A stretch of DNA of 50,030 nucleotides from Chiloscyllium plagiosum (taxonomy: Eukaryota): contig NC_057749.1 of NCBI RefSeq assembly GCF_004010195.1, forward strand, positions 25,273,248 to 25,323,277, written 5' to 3'. Both the position numbers and the translations under genes were made by a program. The notes below the pieces were generated by a model that did no database searches, had not been told where the DNA came from, and saw only the letters and a list, made by a program, of their open reading frames with translations. Shown piece after piece: positions 46,685-50,030 of this stretch (the first letter of the stretch is position 1; every line of letters begins with the position of its first letter).

Positions 46685-47494
46685 ATAATGGTGCTAGCAA
46701 GGTGGACCTCATAGAATATGAGTTCCCTGATTGGGGCTGTTGACCTGGTCCAATCAGGGAATCCTGGTTGACAGATATAAACAGAGTCAGAGGTTCTGCT
46801 CACTCTGAGAGCTGGCTAGGTCGGTGTCATGTATAACGCACGTGTGAATAAAGGAGGAGAAGGTGAGGATTGCAGATGCTGGAGCTCAGAATCAAACAGT
46901 GTGGTGCTGGAAAAGCACAGCAGGTCAGTCAGCATCCGAGGAGCAGGAGAATTGATGTTTTGAACATAAGCTTTTCATCAGATATGTGGGGGACAGTCCA
47001 AGGGGGCTAAGTGATAAATGGGAGTGGGTGGGGCTGGGGTGAAAATAGCTGAGAATGTGATAGGCAGATGAAGGTGGGGGCTGATGGTGATAGGTCGGAG
47101 CAGAGGGTGGAATGGATAGGTGGGAAGGATGATGGACAGGTAGGACAGTTCAAGAGGGCAGTTGGAGGGTTGGGATCTGGGATAAGGTAGAGGGAGGGGA
47201 GATGAGGAAACAGGTGAAATCGATATTGATTCAGTGTGGTTGGAAGGACTCAAGGCAGAAGATAAGGCATTCTTCCTCCCTCCAGGTGGCTAGAATATGG
47301 CAGTGGAGGAGGCCCAGGACTTGCATGCCCTTGGTGGAGCGGAAAGGGGAGTTGAAGTGTTCGGCCACAGGGCGGTAGGGTTGATCAGTGCGTGTCCCAG
47401 AGATGCTTTCTGAAGTGTTCTGCAAGTTGGAGTCCTGATGTGTGACTAAAGGATGACATGGCGACGGGATACTGGCCTTGATGGAGTTATTTCA
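46685..47494 (+). mobile_element. Short solo LTR split by a PLE insertion
   Basis: Paired CCAAT boxes in a 12-bp inverted repeat (46723-46734 / 46750-46761), GATATAAA 46774, AATAAA 46847, 3' end ...ttatttCA; no TSD found. Confidence 0.6.
46856..47439 (-). mobile_element. Penelope-like element 3' part (GIY-YIG C-terminus plus pLTR)
   Basis: RPVAEHFNSP...MQVLGLLHC...EEECLIFCL; TSD gtgtga(a/c)taaagga at 46842-46855 and 47440-47453. Confidence 0.9.
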
Positions 47495-47870
47495 GTTACA
47501 GGGGCTGCTGGCCAATGTAAAGGCTTCAGGCAATCTGACTTCTGCTGTTATTTATCGAAGGGGGGTTCTATCTTGACAGATAAACAACAATGCAATGTGG
47601 CATGGGAGGGCTGCATGAATAGTCATCAGGGAAGAGTCACGTTGGACTCAAAATGTTAACTCTCTCTCTCTCTCTACCCCCACCCCCACCCCACCCCCCT
47701 CACCTCCCCAGTTCTGGCATACCTGCTGACTTTCTTCAGCATTTCCAGTTTTTTATTTCAAATCTCTAGCCTCCAGAGCTTTTTGCTTCTATTGCCGGGT
47801 TTAATGTTTTAAGTTGAAACTTTATTGCTGGAACAGCACAGCAGGTCAGGCAGCATCCAGGGAACAGGAG

Positions 47871-47906
47871 ATTCGACGTTTCGGGCACAGGCCCTTCTTC
47901 AGGAAT
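47871..47906 (-). ncRNA. Minimal hammerhead ribozyme motif (intact)
   Basis: Exact reverse complement of 48121-48156. Confidence 0.75.
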
Positions 47907-48120
47907 GAGCAGAGAGTGTTCAGCAGGAGAAGATAAAAGGTAGGGAGGAGGGACTTGGAGGAGGGGAGTTACTCCTGCTGAAATCCCTACCTTTTATCTT
48001 CTCCTGCTGAAATCCCTACCTTTTATCTTCTCCTGCTGAAAACCTATCACATTTCCAACTCCCCTCCTCCAAGTCCCTCCTCCCTACCTTTTATCTTCTC
48101 CTGCTGAACACTCTCTGCTC

Positions 48121-48156
48121 ATTCCTGAAGAAGGGCCTGTGCCCGAAACGTCGAAT
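48121..48156 (+). ncRNA. Minimal hammerhead ribozyme motif (intact)
   Basis: AUUC-CUGAAGA-A-GGGC-CUGU-GCCC-GAAAC-GUC-GAAU; stem I AUUC/GAAU; predicted cut after 48152. Confidence 0.75.
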
Positions 48157-48279
48157 CTCCTGTTCCCTGGATGCTGCCTGACCTGCTGTGCTGTTCCAGC
48201 AATAAAGTTTCAACTTTGATCTCCAGCATCTGCAGACCTCACTTTCTCCTTAATGTTTTAATGCCATTGAAATGCCACG

Positions 48280-48900
48280 TGGCACATGGACAATGAGACT
48301 GCTCGTCTAGAGAGCCAGGCTCATGTTCTCAGGGCACCATGGGAAAAATGGGGAAATTTTAGCTCAATAATAATTTATGGGCGGCACGGTGGCACAGCAG
48401 TTAGCACTGCTGCCTCACAGCACCAGGGACCCGGGTTCAATTCCTGCCTCAGGCAACTGTCTGTGTGGAGTTTGCACATTCTCCCTGTGTCTGCGTGGGT
48501 TTCCCCTGGTTTCCTCCCACTGTCCAAAAATGTGCAGGTTAGGTGAATTAACCATGCTAAATTTCCCATAGTGTTAGGTGTAGGGGAATGGGTCTGGGTG
48601 GGCTGCTCTTCAGAGGGTCGGTGTGGACTTGTTGCACGGAAGGGCCTGTTTCCACACTGTAAGTAATCTAATACCTGGAATTAAAAGCTTACCTAATGGT
48701 GACCATTTCACATTGACAGTAATATTCTTTTGGGAAGGAAGTCATCACCCCTTTCCTAGTCCAGCCTACATGTGACTCCTGACCTACAGCACTACTTAAA
48801 TTCCCACTGAAGTGGCCTAGAGACACAATCATTTCCAGGGCAACCAGGAATGAGCACCTACCTTGGTAGCCATGCCCACTTCCCATATCGAAATAAAAAC
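48280..48900 (+). mobile_element. SINE family B relic split by an HE1 SINE
   Basis: gcctacatgtgactcc shared with the 24123 copy. Confidence 0.6.
48378..48672 (+). mobile_element. HE1-type SINE
   Basis: Full length. Confidence 0.95.
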
Positions 48901-48904
48901 GACA

Positions 48905-49500
48905 GCCATGGGACACATTTTCAAGGTGAGAGGAGAAAGATTTACAAAAGATATAAGGGGCAACCTTTTTACACAGAGAGTGGGTTGTATGTGGAATGAT
49001 GGATGCAGGTTTGAGTGATAAGGAGAGGCTGAACAGGCTGGATACACCCGAAACCTCGACTTCTCCACCTCCTGCTGCTGCCTGGCTTGCTGTGTTCTTC
49101 CAGCCTCCTGCCTGATTTCTTTCACTGGAGCGTAGGAGGGGTGACCTTATAGAGATTTATATAATCATGAGGGGCATAGATAAGGTGTCTTTTGTGTAGG
49201 GTTGGAGATTTCAAGACTAGGGGGCATATTTTTAAGGTAAGAGGAGAGAGATTTGAAAACGACGTGAGGGGTAATTTTCTTTGCGCAGAGAGTGGTCTGT
49301 GTGGAAGAACCTCCAGAGGAAGTGGTGGATGTGGATACAGTTACAACATTGAAAAGACATTTGGATAAGTTCATGAATAAGAAATGTTTGGAGGGATATG
49401 GACCAGGAGCAGGCAGATGGGACTAGTTTAGTTTGGGATTATGGTCGGCATGGACTGGTTGGACCGAAGGGTCTGTTTCCATGCTGTAAGACTCTGTGAC
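48905..49500 (+). mobile_element. CR1-type 3' fragments with a small PLE piece at ~49040-49118
   Basis: GHIFKVRGERF, GDLIE.Y, 3' UTR. Confidence 0.85.
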
Positions 49501-49821
49501 AAAGGGGATACAGGTAGACAGAGGTGGGAAGAATAGAGAGACCACATGAATAAAAAGTGGCAAAGCTACATTTCCGTTTCCTCCATGCTTTTGTTGTGCA
49601 CCTCAGATATTTGAATCTTTGCTGTTGTTTTATGGATAAGTCTAACAGCTATCTTGTACGCTGCAGGGTCCCAGAGACAGCAAAGGCCAGTTTGGAAGGA
49701 GAGTGAGCCAGCACATAGGAAAAAGTTCTCGTCCTCCTTCGAGATCAGCTGAGCTCCTCAGTTTCACATTTCATGCAAAGGATGCCCCCATTTGACCCTG
49801 CAGTACTCTCTCAGTCCTGCA

Positions 49822-50030
49822 GTGGACAAAGTTAAAAATCACACAACACCAGGTTATAGTCCAACAGGTTTAATTGGAAGCACACTAGCTTTCAGTGTGA
49901 CGCTCCTTCATCAGGTGGTAGTGGAGCCCTCCACTACCACCTGATGTAGCATCACTCCGAAAGCTAGTGTGCTTCCAATTAAACCTGTTGGACTATAACC
50001 TGGTGTTGTGTGATTTTTAACTTTGTACAC
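49822..50030 (+). mobile_element. PLE fold-back element (family A), running off the window end
   Basis: About 100-bp inverted arms centred on gtagtggag-ccc-tccactac. Confidence 0.9.

Larger units (their letters stand above)
47811..48249 (+). mobile_element. Very young PLE fold-back element (family B), perfect 160-bp arms
   Basis: 47811-47970 is the exact reverse complement of 48057-48216; 33-nt tail; TSD ttaatgtttt(aa) at 47801 and 48250. Confidence 0.95.

Overview
Non-coding, repeat-dominated vertebrate DNA, almost certainly from a shark or other elasmobranch. The inference rests on about 17 HE1-type tRNA-derived SINEs, many CR1/HER1-type LINE fragments and Deu-domain SINE relics. I cannot support any host protein-coding gene: every informative ORF is transposon-derived (CR1 RT, Rex/Babar RT, Penelope GIY-YIG, a LINE AP-endonuclease relic, a possible Harbinger Myb/SANT relic) or a repeat read-through. 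The window also holds two solo LTRs, a TA-flanked MITE, 24-bp and ~69-bp tandem arrays, and a 779-N gap. The most interesting signal is at least four sequence-distinct families of short Penelope-like (PLE) elements. Many are TSD-flanked fold-back palindromes, and each family carries a minimal hammerhead-ribozyme motif with the same layout: stem I-CUGANGA-N-stem II-GAAA-palindromic loopless stem III-NUH-stem I, with compensatory stem changes between families. One copy (47811-48249) is a perfect 160-bp inverted repeat with an intact hammerhead on each strand. Non-repeat islands contain repeated PBX-HOX + MEIS motif pairs, suggestive of developmental enhancers. Repeat boundaries were read by eye (about +/-10-30 bp unless a TSD is given), and family names come from recognition, not a database search.
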